Shown piece by piece: positions 25,524 through 34,814 of a stretch of 64,000 bases of DNA; the stretch's first letter is position 1, and each line of letters opens with the position of its first letter. The position numbers and the translations under genes are program-made. The notes beneath the pieces were generated by a model. It saw only the letters and a list, made by a program, of their open reading frames with translations, did no database searches and was not told where the DNA came from. Origin of the DNA: an uncultured Desulfatiglans sp. (GTDB lineage: Bacteria; Desulfobacterota; DSM-4660; Desulfatiglandales; HGW-15); contig CAZCMD010000003.1 of NCBI GenBank assembly GCA_964499695.1, forward strand, positions 12,842 through 76,841. The letters run 5' to 3'.

Positions 25524-27479
25524 AAAAATGGATATACTGGAACTTAAATGGATTAAAGAAATAAAAATAGACATGGATGCATGCAAAGGATGCAAGTCAT
25601 GCATGAATGCATGTTTTGTTGATGTTATCCGCTGGGATGAGGTAAAGAAAAAACCGGTTATCGCATACCCTGAAGACTGTGTCTGGTGCCTTGCCTGTGA
25701 ATGTGCCTGTCCTGTAAAATGCATTAACATAATCCCGAATATCCCGGCACCATTACGGTCATCTTTCCAGCCGTAAAAAAGGAGAAACATAATGACTGAA
25801 TTAAATAACAATAGAGAATTACTTTCTGCCGATGTGTTGATAATAGGAGGCGGGATAGGCGGCCTTGCCTGCGCAATAAAAGTAAAAGAAAATAATCCTG
25901 AGTGCGATGTGCTGATTGTTGAGAAACAGACAACAGGCTATGCAGGTAAGGCAACAAAGATAGGCGGCATACTGGCCTTCCTGGGCCCCAATAATAACGC
26001 TGACAAGTTCATAGATTTTCAGGTGCACACATCAGGGCTTTTTCTGAATGATCAGGATTTGCTGGCAAAATATGTTAAAGATACATACAAGACTATTCAG
26101 CAGTTTTCCGAATGGGGCAATAAACTCGCCAAGACACCTGATGGCAACATGCTTTCCTTTCCTGCAATGTTCGCCCCGGAATATTCATCTACATTTATAG
26201 ATATAGACTTGATGCTGCCCATGCGTGCCAAAGCCAAAAAAATGGGGACAAGGATAATAGATAAGGTTCATGTTGTTGATCTTTTATCCCTGGATAATCG
26301 TGTAGTTGGAGCAGCCGGTTTTAATATTATTGACGGTCATTTTATAGTTATCAGTGCAAAGGCCACCATACTGGCTAACGGAAGCTGTGGTTACAAGGTA
26401 AGGCGTTTCTGGTCAGCCGGTACAGGCGATGGTATAGCAGCAGCCTACAGGGCAGGTGCTGAAATGAGAAATGCCGAATATGGAAACCTCTACGGTCACA
26501 CGGTATTCCAGGCAACAGACAGCGGCATGGTGGGTTCTGATTTTTTAGTAAACAAGCAGGGTGAAAATCTGGCCCATAAATATATGCCTGACAGGGGGCC
26601 AGCAGGTGTATTTTTACCTGTTAAACTGGCTGTTGGTCTTGAAAAAGAGGTCGCTGAAGGAAGAGGCCCGATTTACTTTGAACCGCCAAAGTCAATGCCT
26701 CCGCACGGATTTTCTACCGGGCTTCCCAAGATTGAAGAATGGTTAAAAAGAATAGGAAATAAAGAGAAGGAATACGGGATATCAAGGGACTCAAAGCCAG
26801 AGATAGCAGTACCGTTACATGGTGAGACATCCTGTATAAAGGTTGATCATGACATGAAAACCAGTCTTGAAGGTCTATGGGCAATAGGAGATACAAGCTA
26901 CTCAGGTTCTGCACTTGCCGGTGCGGTTGCCTCACCTCCCGGTGTGTGTCCCGGTTCAGGGATCATGTTTGCTGTAATAAGCGCGGGATGGGCAGGTGCC
27001 TCAGCTGCAGGCTATGTTTCAGGGGCATCTCCTGTTGATCTGAAAAACATTGATACGGATAAGATAAAGGACAGCCTATTTGCACCGATGAAGGATAAAA
27101 AAGATTTTTCACCCTGGGTAGCCATATCTGCACTGGGAAGCATTGCGGCCCCGATGAAATATAATCTCCGCAGGAGCGAAGACCGGCTTTCCGAGGCCAT
27201 CAGCATGATCGAAAGGTTAAAAGAAAAGTTGCCTGACCTCCATGCAAAAGACCCGCACTACCTGGGTAAATGCCATGAGGTAAGGTCTATGACTCTGTGT
27301 GCTGAACTCACCTTCAGGGCAGCCCTGATGAGGACTGAAAGCAGAGGCTTCCATTATAGAGAAGACTTCCCGGCTCAGGATGATAAGAACTGGCTCAAAT
27401 GGATAATCATAAAGAAGGAAAAAGAAAAGATGAAACTCTCAACTCAACCTATTCCTATTAACAATTATAAAATCAGGCC
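25524..27479 (+). repeat. 1,956-bp near-identical direct repeat, copy 1
   Basis: Matches 36394-38349 at a constant offset of 10,870. I found one mismatch (27464 A vs 38334 G). Products are identical and even the antisense spurious ORFs are identical. Confidence 0.95.
25528..25776 (+). CDS. 2x[4Fe-4S] ferredoxin-domain protein (AprB/small-subunit-like)
   Basis: 82 aa with CKGCKSCMNAC and CVWCLACECACP cluster motifs. Confidence 0.85.
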   Translation: MDILELKWIKEIKIDMDACKGCKSCMNACFVDVIRWDEVKKKPVIAYPEDCVWCLACECACPVKCINIIPNIPAPLRSSFQP

Positions 27480-27495
27480 TGCCGGTAACGTTTAA
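25792..27495 (+). CDS. FAD-dependent oxidoreductase of the fumarate reductase/succinate dehydrogenase/AprA flavoprotein superfamily
   Basis: VLIIGGGIGGLACA dinucleotide motif and the C-terminal RTESRGFHYREDFP signature shared by FrdA/SdhA/NadB/AprA. Confidence 0.8.
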   Translation: MTELNNNRELLSADVLIIGGGIGGLACAIKVKENNPECDVLIVEKQTTGYAGKATKIGGILAFLGPNNNADKFIDFQVHTSGLFLNDQDLLAKYVKDTYKTIQQFSEWGNKLAKTPDGNMLSFPAMFAPEYSSTFIDIDLMLPMRAKAKKMGTRIIDKVHVVDLLSLDNRVVGAAGFNIIDGHFIVISAKATILANGSCGYKVRRFWSAGTGDGIAAAYRAGAEMRNAEYGNLYGHTVFQATDSGMVGSDFLVNKQGENLAHKYMPDRGPAGVFLPVKLAVGLEKEVAEGRGPIYFEPPKSMPPHGFSTGLPKIEEWLKRIGNKEKEYGISRDSKPEIAVPLHGETSCIKVDHDMKTSLEGLWAIGDTSYSGSALAGAVASPPGVCPGSGIMFAVISAGWAGASAAGYVSGASPVDLKNIDTDKIKDSLFAPMKDKKDFSPWVAISALGSIAAPMKYNLRRSEDRLSEAISMIERLKEKLPDLHAKDPHYLGKCHEVRSMTLCAELTFRAALMRTESRGFHYREDFPAQDDKNWLKWIIIKKEKEKMKLSTQPIPINNYKIRPAGNV

Positions 27496-27594
27496 GAGGT
27501 CCCTGATGTTATCACTAGTTGGTAACAACTGTTTTATACGTTATCGATATGGAATATGGTTTAATAATTATTTTTTTAAAAGGGAGGTAAAAAA

Positions 27595-27984
27595 ATGAAG
27601 AGACAAATAATAATAAACGCTATTATCCTTGTATTATTTATTATATTGAGCGGATTTATAACAGCGAGCGCGCAAAACAAAGGTATTGCAGGTGAATGGG
27701 AAGCAGAATGGAATGCAGGAATCGGGATTATGACATGCCATTACACATTTAAAGTCGAAGGAAATGTGATTACCGGAAAAGTCAGCGCTGAGATGAATGG
27801 AACTGAAAGTGAAAGTGAAATAACGGAAGGAAAAATAGAGGGAGATACTATTACCTTTGCCTGGACTTTTGATAACACTGTGAAAATGGTTTATACCGGC
27901 AAAGTAAACGGAGATGAGATCAAATTCTCCCGTAAGCCAGGAAGATATGCGACTGAAGAAGCCGTGGCAACACGGGTTAAGTAA
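27595..27984 (+). CDS. small secreted protein of unknown function (paralog 1)
   Basis: Signal peptide ending ASAQ and a GGAGG RBS. About 50% identical by eye to the 38516-38923 product (shared GEW, YTFKV.G..VTGKV, SESEI..GKIEGD.ITF, GDEI). Confidence 0.6.
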   Translation: MKRQIIINAIILVLFIILSGFITASAQNKGIAGEWEAEWNAGIGIMTCHYTFKVEGNVITGKVSAEMNGTESESEITEGKIEGDTITFAWTFDNTVKMVYTGKVNGDEIKFSRKPGRYATEEAVATRVK

Positions 27985-28103
27985 TTTATAAAAGATCCTG
28001 ACCTGGACAGAAGCAAAAAGCTGAAGTCCTTGTCAGGAGAAAATCCCTGCTACTTTCTCAGTAAAAGACCCGGCCTTTACCAACATTTTCAAGACATCAC
28101 ATT

Positions 28104-28139
28104 TTTTCCCATCCCGCTGTTTATAGCTGGATGGGAAAA
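28104..28139. terminator. hairpin between convergent genes (11-bp stem ttttcccatcc/ggatgggaaaa)
   Basis: 14-nt loop followed by T-rich sequence on the + strand, between stops 27984 (+) and 28166 (-). Confidence 0.35.
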
Positions 28140-28165
28140 GTTCTGTGTTTCATGTTTTTCTTAAA

Positions 28166-29650
28166 TTAACCAGGCAGGATTACACCGCCCTTTTTAAGAG
28201 TAGTCTGTAATGCCTTGATATCGACCTTTCTTACATCAACACCGGCGTTTGTGGCCAATGCTGCAGCGGCTCCGGCGGCCTCCCCCAGGGCGATACAATG
28301 AGGTATCAGATTGAAGAACTCATTAATTACCATATCTGATGAGAAAGCGCGGCAGGCAACAAGCATGTTGTCAACCTTGCGCGGAATGAGACAACGATAG
28401 GGCATGTACATCAATAATTTTTTAGGATCGGTATTGGGGAATATCGCTATGGTGTCTTCAAAAGGTTCTGTCTTATCCATATCTTTTTCAACTAAAACGT
28501 ATTCTCCAACAACCCGTCTGCCACCGCGAGTGCCGAGCTGCATATTTGAAAGAACGATGAAGCTGTTTTCAAAACCGGGAACATTGTTTTTATAAAAATC
28601 ATGGGTTATCAGCATTTCTTTGCGACCTAAAAATTCTACACGGGTAAGTTCCTCAACATCATACTGGCATGTATTAGCGTAACGGGGAAAGCACCAGACC
28701 ACATTCTCCTGATTTTTTAAATTACTGGTAAGAAAACCTGCACTTCCGCCTGCTTTTCTAACGGTACGCATTTTTTGGGTGTAGTCTTTCTGATTTTTAC
28801 TCTTGTAATCCTGAAATTTTTTCAGGTCAACATTATCTATCCAGTAGGAAAAGGAAAGATTTGCGATCCTCATTGTGCGGTCTATTTGGGTTTCAAAGTC
28901 CGCCCCTGCGTATGGTAATAGGTCACCATCACCCGTGGAGTCTATGACAACCTTTGCCAGTACTGCCTGTCTGCCTGATTTACTCTCAAATATAACACCT
29001 TTAACCTTGTTGCCTTCCATAACTGGCTCTGTTCCCCAGGAATGGAGATATGTCTTAACCCCCGCCTCTTCCATCATATCATTGAGTATGCATTTTGATA
29101 TTTCTGCGTCTATATGGGCAGAATATCCGACCCTGTTACTTGTCGCATAAAAAAAGGAACGGTTCATGTAGTAATCAACGAGCTTTTTATCTCTAGATCC
29201 CCAATGCTCCTTTTTAGGGTAGTCAGCCGCCTCCCTTTTATCCAGTCTTTCTATCCACTCCTGTGTAATACCTGCTATCACCTGTTTGCCGTTATTGTCC
29301 GCAAGATCCGGAATAATGGTAACAAGCCCGCCTGTACCCATACCTCCCAGGTGTCCATACCGTTCAATAAGAACCGTATCAGCACCATTCCTTGCCGCTG
29401 CCAGGGCCGCTCCGATACCTCCCGGCCCCCCGCCTACAACTACAACATCTGCTGTCCGGCATACCTTAGTCTCACGCGCCGCTTCTTTGATGGTCTTGGA
29501 TGTTATTTTGGTAGAATCACTTGAACCGGCAGATACGGGTATGGATATCCCTCCCGCACCAATAGCAAGAACAGCAGCTCCTTTTAAGGCCGTACTTTTG
29601 ACAAACTCCCTTCTGCTCATTCCCTTTTCAACATTCTTTTGAAACTTCAT
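28166..29650 (-). CDS. Tat-exported FAD-dependent oxidoreductase (FAD_oxidored/GidA-like family)
   Basis: Twin-arginine motif SRREFVK followed by a hydrophobic region, and VVVVGGGPGGIGAALAAARNG. Start set at the second ATG (AGGAGAAAAGTTATC-ATG); the maximal ORF extends to 29671. Confidence 0.75.
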   Translation of the reverse strand: MKFQKNVEKGMSRREFVKSTALKGAAVLAIGAGGISIPVSAGSSDSTKITSKTIKEAARETKVCRTADVVVVGGGPGGIGAALAAARNGADTVLIERYGHLGGMGTGGLVTIIPDLADNNGKQVIAGITQEWIERLDKREAADYPKKEHWGSRDKKLVDYYMNRSFFYATSNRVGYSAHIDAEISKCILNDMMEEAGVKTYLHSWGTEPVMEGNKVKGVIFESKSGRQAVLAKVVIDSTGDGDLLPYAGADFETQIDRTMRIANLSFSYWIDNVDLKKFQDYKSKNQKDYTQKMRTVRKAGGSAGFLTSNLKNQENVVWCFPRYANTCQYDVEELTRVEFLGRKEMLITHDFYKNNVPGFENSFIVLSNMQLGTRGGRRVVGEYVLVEKDMDKTEPFEDTIAIFPNTDPKKLLMYMPYRCLIPRKVDNMLVACRAFSSDMVINEFFNLIPHCIALGEAAGAAAALATNAGVDVRKVDIKALQTTLKKGGVILPG

Positions 29651-29775
29651 GATAACTTTTCTCCTATTCATTTTTTTGTATCAGGGTAATTGATAACTAC
29701 AAGCATTGTATGCCTTTACTTCCTTTAACTCTATTTTTTTCATAGTTTCTATCTCCCCTGCCATGTCGTATTTAC

Positions 29776-29815
29776 AGATGAATCAGGCCGGCAACGCTGC
29801 CGGCCTGATTCATCT
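29776..29815. terminator. 18-bp perfect-stem hairpin downstream of the TonB receptor gene
   Basis: agatgaatcaggccggca-acgc-tgccggcctgattcatct. No U-tract on either strand, so it could be a processing or stabiliser element rather than a classic terminator. Confidence 0.35.
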
Positions 29816-29867
29816 TATCTAATGGATTAACATATAATCTCACATAACCTTTACGCGTTCCTTATAG

Positions 29868-32114
29868 TTAAAACGAATAATTAAGACTTAAACCGACCTG
29901 CCTGAATTGTGTTGGGGTTACTATCTGAACATCATTTCCGTTAGGATCTGGCCATGTAGCTGCTGGCGCTGCCTCTCCAAAAATGTTGCGCGCAAAAAGC
30001 GTGATACCCCATTCCTCCGCCGCCCTTATTCCTAACCTTGCCCCAACCATCCAGTGGCCCGGATAAATTGAAAAAGGATTATTCATAAGATTAAGACGCC
30101 GTTTAGACCTGTATGTCGCATCTGCTGAAACAAAACCGGTAATACTGTTTGTGAGAGAGTGGCTGTATTCAGTAGACACCTGGAACTTGTGTTTAGGTGC
30201 ATTCATAAGCTGCTGACCACCGATATCCTGGGGTGGATCGTCATCAGATGGGTAATAATCAGGGTATTCCGCGATATTATAGATGTAACCGGCGCTTACA
30301 CTCAAACCATACATCGGGTACCCGTAAAGGGTTAATTCAAATCCTTTTGAAATGACATCATCTTCAATATTTGCCACTTCGCAGTTCAACGCCTCAGTAG
30401 TAGTATCCAAATAACATTCGCTCCCCTGAAAATCTTCAAGCGTAGTGTAGAAAATATTGGATTCAATGGCCATTTTATTATTAAAAAGCTTGCCCTTTAC
30501 CCCTGCTTCATAGTTTGTAGAGATTTCCGCTTTAACAATTTTGGGAAGAGCATTAGGGTTTGTAAAGGGGGGTTCTGACACTACGGGTGTTTTAACTGCA
30601 TTAGTAGTATTTATAAAAAACATCCAGTCTTTATTAATATCGTACTGCCCACCCAGACGATATGAAAAATAATCCTCTTCAAGCGAGGCTATCGTTTCAA
30701 ATCCTACAGGAAGAGGTCCGGTCGTTTGCATATTGATAGCGCTTGTCCATAAATCATAGCGTGAGAAACGGGCACCGGCAAAAAGTTTAAATGCCTCAGT
30801 CAAATGGATATCAGCATTACCATATACAGCGTAGTTCTTGTTAGTACCTTCATTCAAATTACCATAGCTATATATTGGTGGAACATATGGAACAAAGGTG
30901 GGATAAGGGACACGCATCTCTGAATAAGCTATCGCATCCTGGCTTCTTTCTGACCCGTTATACCACAGACCCACTATATACTCCACCTTCTGCCCCTTTG
31001 GAGAGGCGATCCGAAAATCAGTGGTGTATCGGTCACTGGAGGTTTCCTGTCCACTGCTTCTTATTTCCAATAGCCTCGGAAAACTCATACCCATTATCTG
31101 CCAGTTCCATGGCCCTATTTCGGTTTTTGAGTAGCTCGTTATCGAGGTGATTTCATGTCCAAAGGCGTTAAAGTTAAATTCAGCGGATAGAGTATAGATA
31201 TCTGTCGTGTTGTGTTCGTCAAAATCATGACAGACATACTGATTCTCCTGTGAAGCAGTGATACCGCAGGCTGCTATAGCAGCCTGGTATATAGGTGTAA
31301 CAGAACGAACAGGGGTAAATATACTCGGCCCCTCTAATTTATTTCTACTGAAATTTCCTATAAGAGCAAAGGAGAAATCGTCGGTAGGTTTATATAAATA
31401 GTGCATGCGGACACCGTAATCTTTATTTTCCTGATCCTGACCGGAAATTTTATTTTTCCTTAAACCAATCGTATCATTGAAATTAAAGACTGTCCGTAAA
31501 GCCGAATTTTCACTGACGGGTATATTCATCAGCCCGCGGTATTCCCTGCGAGTGTATTTGGATCCAAGGGTTCCGTCATCTGTAATGTCTAAACCGAGTT
31601 TGGCGCTGAATCCCTCAGGGTCAGGCGCATTTGTGATGATATTAATCAGGCCTGCTGAAGCTGTATCCCCGTAAAGCGTTCCCTGGGGGCCTCTAAGTAC
31701 TTCAACACGCTGGACATCAAAAATACTGCTCAAAATCGCATTGCCCTGGGTAACACCATTTAAGTTCACTCCTACTGAAGGCTCCCCAATCCCTACCACC
31801 GTTGTCGTCCCGATCCCGCGCATGGTAGGAGCACCGCCCGGGCCGGAATTACCAAACTCCAGGGCCGGAGTTGTTCGCTCAAGGTCGCGCACACTGTAAA
31901 CCTGCTGCCGCTCCAATTGATCTGCAGTAGTCACAGAGATAGCGATAGGAACTTCGTGCAGGTTCTCTTTGCGTTTTTGAGATGTTACTACAATCTCATC
32001 GAGAGTGTATTCCTCTTTATCACTTTCTGCTGCCAGCACCAGTGTGCAATCGTTAAATAAAAAACAAACCCCTGACACAACCGCAAAAAACATTAATAAA
32101 ACCTTTTTCATCAT
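29868..32114 (-). CDS. TonB-dependent outer-membrane receptor
   Basis: Signal peptide, TonB-box/plug start DEIVVTSQKRKENLHEVPIAISV, long beta-barrel region and a C-terminal aromatic residue (LNYSF). Confidence 0.85.
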   Translation of the reverse strand: MMKKVLLMFFAVVSGVCFLFNDCTLVLAAESDKEEYTLDEIVVTSQKRKENLHEVPIAISVTTADQLERQQVYSVRDLERTTPALEFGNSGPGGAPTMRGIGTTTVVGIGEPSVGVNLNGVTQGNAILSSIFDVQRVEVLRGPQGTLYGDTASAGLINIITNAPDPEGFSAKLGLDITDDGTLGSKYTRREYRGLMNIPVSENSALRTVFNFNDTIGLRKNKISGQDQENKDYGVRMHYLYKPTDDFSFALIGNFSRNKLEGPSIFTPVRSVTPIYQAAIAACGITASQENQYVCHDFDEHNTTDIYTLSAEFNFNAFGHEITSITSYSKTEIGPWNWQIMGMSFPRLLEIRSSGQETSSDRYTTDFRIASPKGQKVEYIVGLWYNGSERSQDAIAYSEMRVPYPTFVPYVPPIYSYGNLNEGTNKNYAVYGNADIHLTEAFKLFAGARFSRYDLWTSAINMQTTGPLPVGFETIASLEEDYFSYRLGGQYDINKDWMFFINTTNAVKTPVVSEPPFTNPNALPKIVKAEISTNYEAGVKGKLFNNKMAIESNIFYTTLEDFQGSECYLDTTTEALNCEVANIEDDVISKGFELTLYGYPMYGLSVSAGYIYNIAEYPDYYPSDDDPPQDIGGQQLMNAPKHKFQVSTEYSHSLTNSITGFVSADATYRSKRRLNLMNNPFSIYPGHWMVGARLGIRAAEEWGITLFARNIFGEAAPAATWPDPNGNDVQIVTPTQFRQVGLSLNYSF

Positions 32115-32339
32115 TTAGTCCTCCCTTTTTAAATATAGCTATCTGAAACTCCCTTTATTTATAAACAATAAGTTTCTAACAACCTGACAGGATGAAACCA
32201 AACCGATTTTAATAATAATTAAACATTAAAGAGTTTCCGGAGTAAGAACTATATACAACATATATATCAGACAAGACGAGAATGATGATCTCTGTAATGT
32301 GTCTATTTTATTCATTTATTTCAAGCAAAAGGTAATGCT

Positions 32340-32354
32340 TAAAAATTAATTACT
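32340..32354. promoter_or_regulatory. second exact copy of TAAAAATTAATTACT (candidate TetR operator)
   Basis: Identical 15-mer to 24728-24742, followed in both by caattg. It lies in the TetR-paralog-2 / TonB-receptor divergent region. Confidence 0.35.
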
Positions 32355-32376
32355 GCAATTGCTCTAACTTATTGAA

Positions 32377-32463
32377 TCAATACCTTCTTATCATTTGGAC
32401 CGCAATGCCGGGAACAGGATAATCTGCAACCACCCATTCTTTGGAATAAGTATGTTCACTCAT
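32377..32463 (-). pseudogene. possible 5' stub of a PhlG-like gene
   Basis: rc translates to MSEHTYSKEWVVADYPVPGIAVQMIRRY*. Compare MEKSKYPEGWMVVDHVIPGVTVEMLDW at 24856. It is divergent from a TetR paralog, as in module 1. Similarity is modest. Confidence 0.3.
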
Positions 32464-32637
32464 TATGACAGTCCCTTCAGCAAAAGTGGGTATTTTATAT
32501 TTTACCGTTGTAAAGTTAATTTACTGTACGTATGTAAAATATAAAAGTCAATTAAAAATTATTCTGTTTGATATTTTTTACTGATTCGATTATTAACTTA
32601 TACGCAACAGACACTAATGATAGAGGATATATGAACA

Positions 32638-33270
32638 ATGGATCAGCAGAAAATAAAAAGAAAACTGGGGAAACAATCAAGGGACGTAAGTGAAAAAACA
32701 AAAGATGCTGTTCTTAAGGCAGCGCTAAAAATATTCGCAAGGGAAGGCTTTTATAATGCCAAATTAAGAGAGATAGCTGACCTTGCCGGCACTACCCATA
32801 GCCTTATAACGCATCATTTCGGATCAAAATATGAATTATACAAGGCAATATTGGATTACGGAATAAATATTCATGAAGAAAGATTGCGAAGGGTTATTAA
32901 ATTAAATAAATCGGATAATCCCATTGAGCTTTTCAAGAAATTAATAGCATCCTATGTAGTTTCTGTAGCGAAAAACCCTGAAGTCTCAAAAATAATAATG
33001 CACAATAACAGTACTAACGGCCTGCTATATGATTGTCTTCAGGAAAAAAAACAATTACACCTGATTGTTGAGCCTGTTTTTACGAAAGTGCAGAAGTACG
33101 GGTATTTTAAAGATTTTACGCATGACGATTTTCTCGTATATTTACACGCGCTGGTCGAAACACCTATTGCCTTGATTGATAGGACTAACAGACTGCTGAG
33201 AGGAAACATACTCTCCAGGAAGGGATTAGCCATGCATACGGAACGTGTATTGAATTTCCTTTTCCCCTGA
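32638..33270 (+). CDS. TetR-family transcriptional regulator (paralog 2)
   Basis: FAREGFYNAKLREIADLAGTTHSLITHHFGSKYEL; colinear with paralog 1. Confidence 0.9.
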   Translation: MDQQKIKRKLGKQSRDVSEKTKDAVLKAALKIFAREGFYNAKLREIADLAGTTHSLITHHFGSKYELYKAILDYGINIHEERLRRVIKLNKSDNPIELFKKLIASYVVSVAKNPEVSKIIMHNNSTNGLLYDCLQEKKQLHLIVEPVFTKVQKYGYFKDFTHDDFLVYLHALVETPIALIDRTNRLLRGNILSRKGLAMHTERVLNFLFP

Positions 33271-33343
33271 TTAAATATTAACAGATATCATATTATATTT
33301 TAATGCCAGTTAGAGATAATAAAATTAACCCAAAAGGCCATAT

Positions 33344-34687
33344 ATGGATCGCGATTTAACAAAAGGCAGTATAACAAAAAATCTATGGACGCTAACCTGG
33401 CCCTCAACCATAACCAATACTATTGCAATGCTTGGACCGACAATAGATATGATATGGATTGGCAGTCTGGGTTCTGCTGCACTTGCGGGTGTTGGTGTAT
33501 CCGGAATTGCTGTTATGGTCATTAATTCTGCAAGAATGGGATTGAACACAGGAACCCAGGCATTAATCGCACGGTCTGTAGGTGCGGGAGACAAGCAGGG
33601 CGCCAATCATGTGGCTCAGCAGACCTTCGTTATCAGTACGGTTTTTTCTTTGATTATGGCGGCTATCGGCTTCTTTCTTGCTGAATCGATTCTGGTTTTG
33701 ATAGGCGTTGAACCGGATGTGGTCAAAGAAGGCGCTGTATATATGCGTATCATGTTCATTGGTTCTGTTACCATGTCATTTGATGTCATGTCCCAGGGCA
33801 TCCTGCAGGCATCCGGGGACACTTTGACACCCATGAAAATCAGTATTTTTGCCAAGATATTTCATGTAATTTTATGCCCGTTTCTTGTTTTCGGATGGTG
33901 GATATTTCCATTTATGGGCGTTAGTGGTGCTGCCCTTACAGGTATTATTTCTCAAGGTTCAAGCGGGATCATTCTGTTATGGATACTCTTTACAGGGCGA
34001 GCCCGTCTGAAAGTAACGATGAAAGGATTTTGCTTTGACACTGAAATAATCTGGCGAATTATAAAAATAGGTATTCCTTCATCTGTGACAGCAATGCAAA
34101 GGAATTTTACCAATTTAATACTCATGTGGTTCGTAGTCCCCTTTGGCACCTATGCTGTTGCAGCACAATCACTTGCAGAAAGAATGGACATATTTGTAAA
34201 CATGCCGGCCTTTGGTGTTGGACAGGCATCAGGTATTCTGGCCGGACAAAACCTTGGAGCAAACCTTCCTGACAGGGCAGAAAAAACGGGTTGGATAGCT
34301 GCTGGCTGGTTTTCATGTTTTACATTCACAGGCTCTGTAATTATCTGGTTTTGGGCTGAGAAAATCGTCAGCATTTTCAATAATGAACCTGAGCTTGTAA
34401 TAATTACCTCTAATTTCTTAAGAATAAATATCGCGAGTTATCTGGTGTTTGGCTATGTTATCGTACTGATGACCTGCTTAAACGGTATGGGTGATACCTT
34501 CATGCCAATGTGGACCACTTTAGTGACCATGTGGCTGGTTCAGGTTCCACTCGCATATATCCTGCCCAAGTATACGAGTCTGGGGGTTTATGGAGTGCGA
34601 TGGGCAATAGTCACCGCTCTTGTCATGAGGGCAGTGACCTATGCTATATATTTCAAAGTTGGCAGCTGGAAGCAAAAAAAAGTATAA
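33344..34687 (+). CDS. MATE-family efflux transporter
   Basis: 12 TM segments and an N-terminal 'ITKNLWTLTWPSTITNTIAMLGPTIDMIWIG' motif typical of MATE/NorM. Confidence 0.85.
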   Translation: MDRDLTKGSITKNLWTLTWPSTITNTIAMLGPTIDMIWIGSLGSAALAGVGVSGIAVMVINSARMGLNTGTQALIARSVGAGDKQGANHVAQQTFVISTVFSLIMAAIGFFLAESILVLIGVEPDVVKEGAVYMRIMFIGSVTMSFDVMSQGILQASGDTLTPMKISIFAKIFHVILCPFLVFGWWIFPFMGVSGAALTGIISQGSSGIILLWILFTGRARLKVTMKGFCFDTEIIWRIIKIGIPSSVTAMQRNFTNLILMWFVVPFGTYAVAAQSLAERMDIFVNMPAFGVGQASGILAGQNLGANLPDRAEKTGWIAAGWFSCFTFTGSVIIWFWAEKIVSIFNNEPELVIITSNFLRINIASYLVFGYVIVLMTCLNGMGDTFMPMWTTLVTMWLVQVPLAYILPKYTSLGVYGVRWAIVTALVMRAVTYAIYFKVGSWKQKKV

Positions 34688-34757
34688 ATAAATATGATGA
34701 GTTCAAAACAGAGAAAAAATATTTAAAGCTGTATTCTTTATCATATTTTAAAAAGAC

Positions 34758-34802
34758 CATGCCTGGAACAGAGGCGCAAAAATGTGCCAACATCCAGGCA
34801 TG
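34758..34802. terminator. hairpin between convergent genes (catgcctgga ... tccaggcatg)
   Basis: 10-bp perfect arms with a 25-nt loop containing a second weak stem, between stops 34687 (+) and 34815 (-). Confidence 0.3.
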
Positions 34803-34814
34803 ACCCTTATAAAA

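Noticed and set aside
25528-27495. The ferredoxin + flavoprotein pair as a genuine adenylylsulfate (APS) reductase AprBA
   Set aside because: The gene order and signatures resemble AprB-AprA. However, the small subunit is only 82 aa and lacks the C-terminal extension. No sat, qmo or dsr genes are nearby, the pair is duplicated, and the context is TetR-regulated aromatic catabolism. It is called only at superfamily level.
29776-29815. The 18-bp perfect hairpin as a canonical Rho-independent terminator
   Set aside because: It is kept as a low-confidence feature only. Neither strand has a U-tract after the stem, so it may be a REP, stabiliser or processing element, and read-through to the Tat-oxidoreductase gene is possible.
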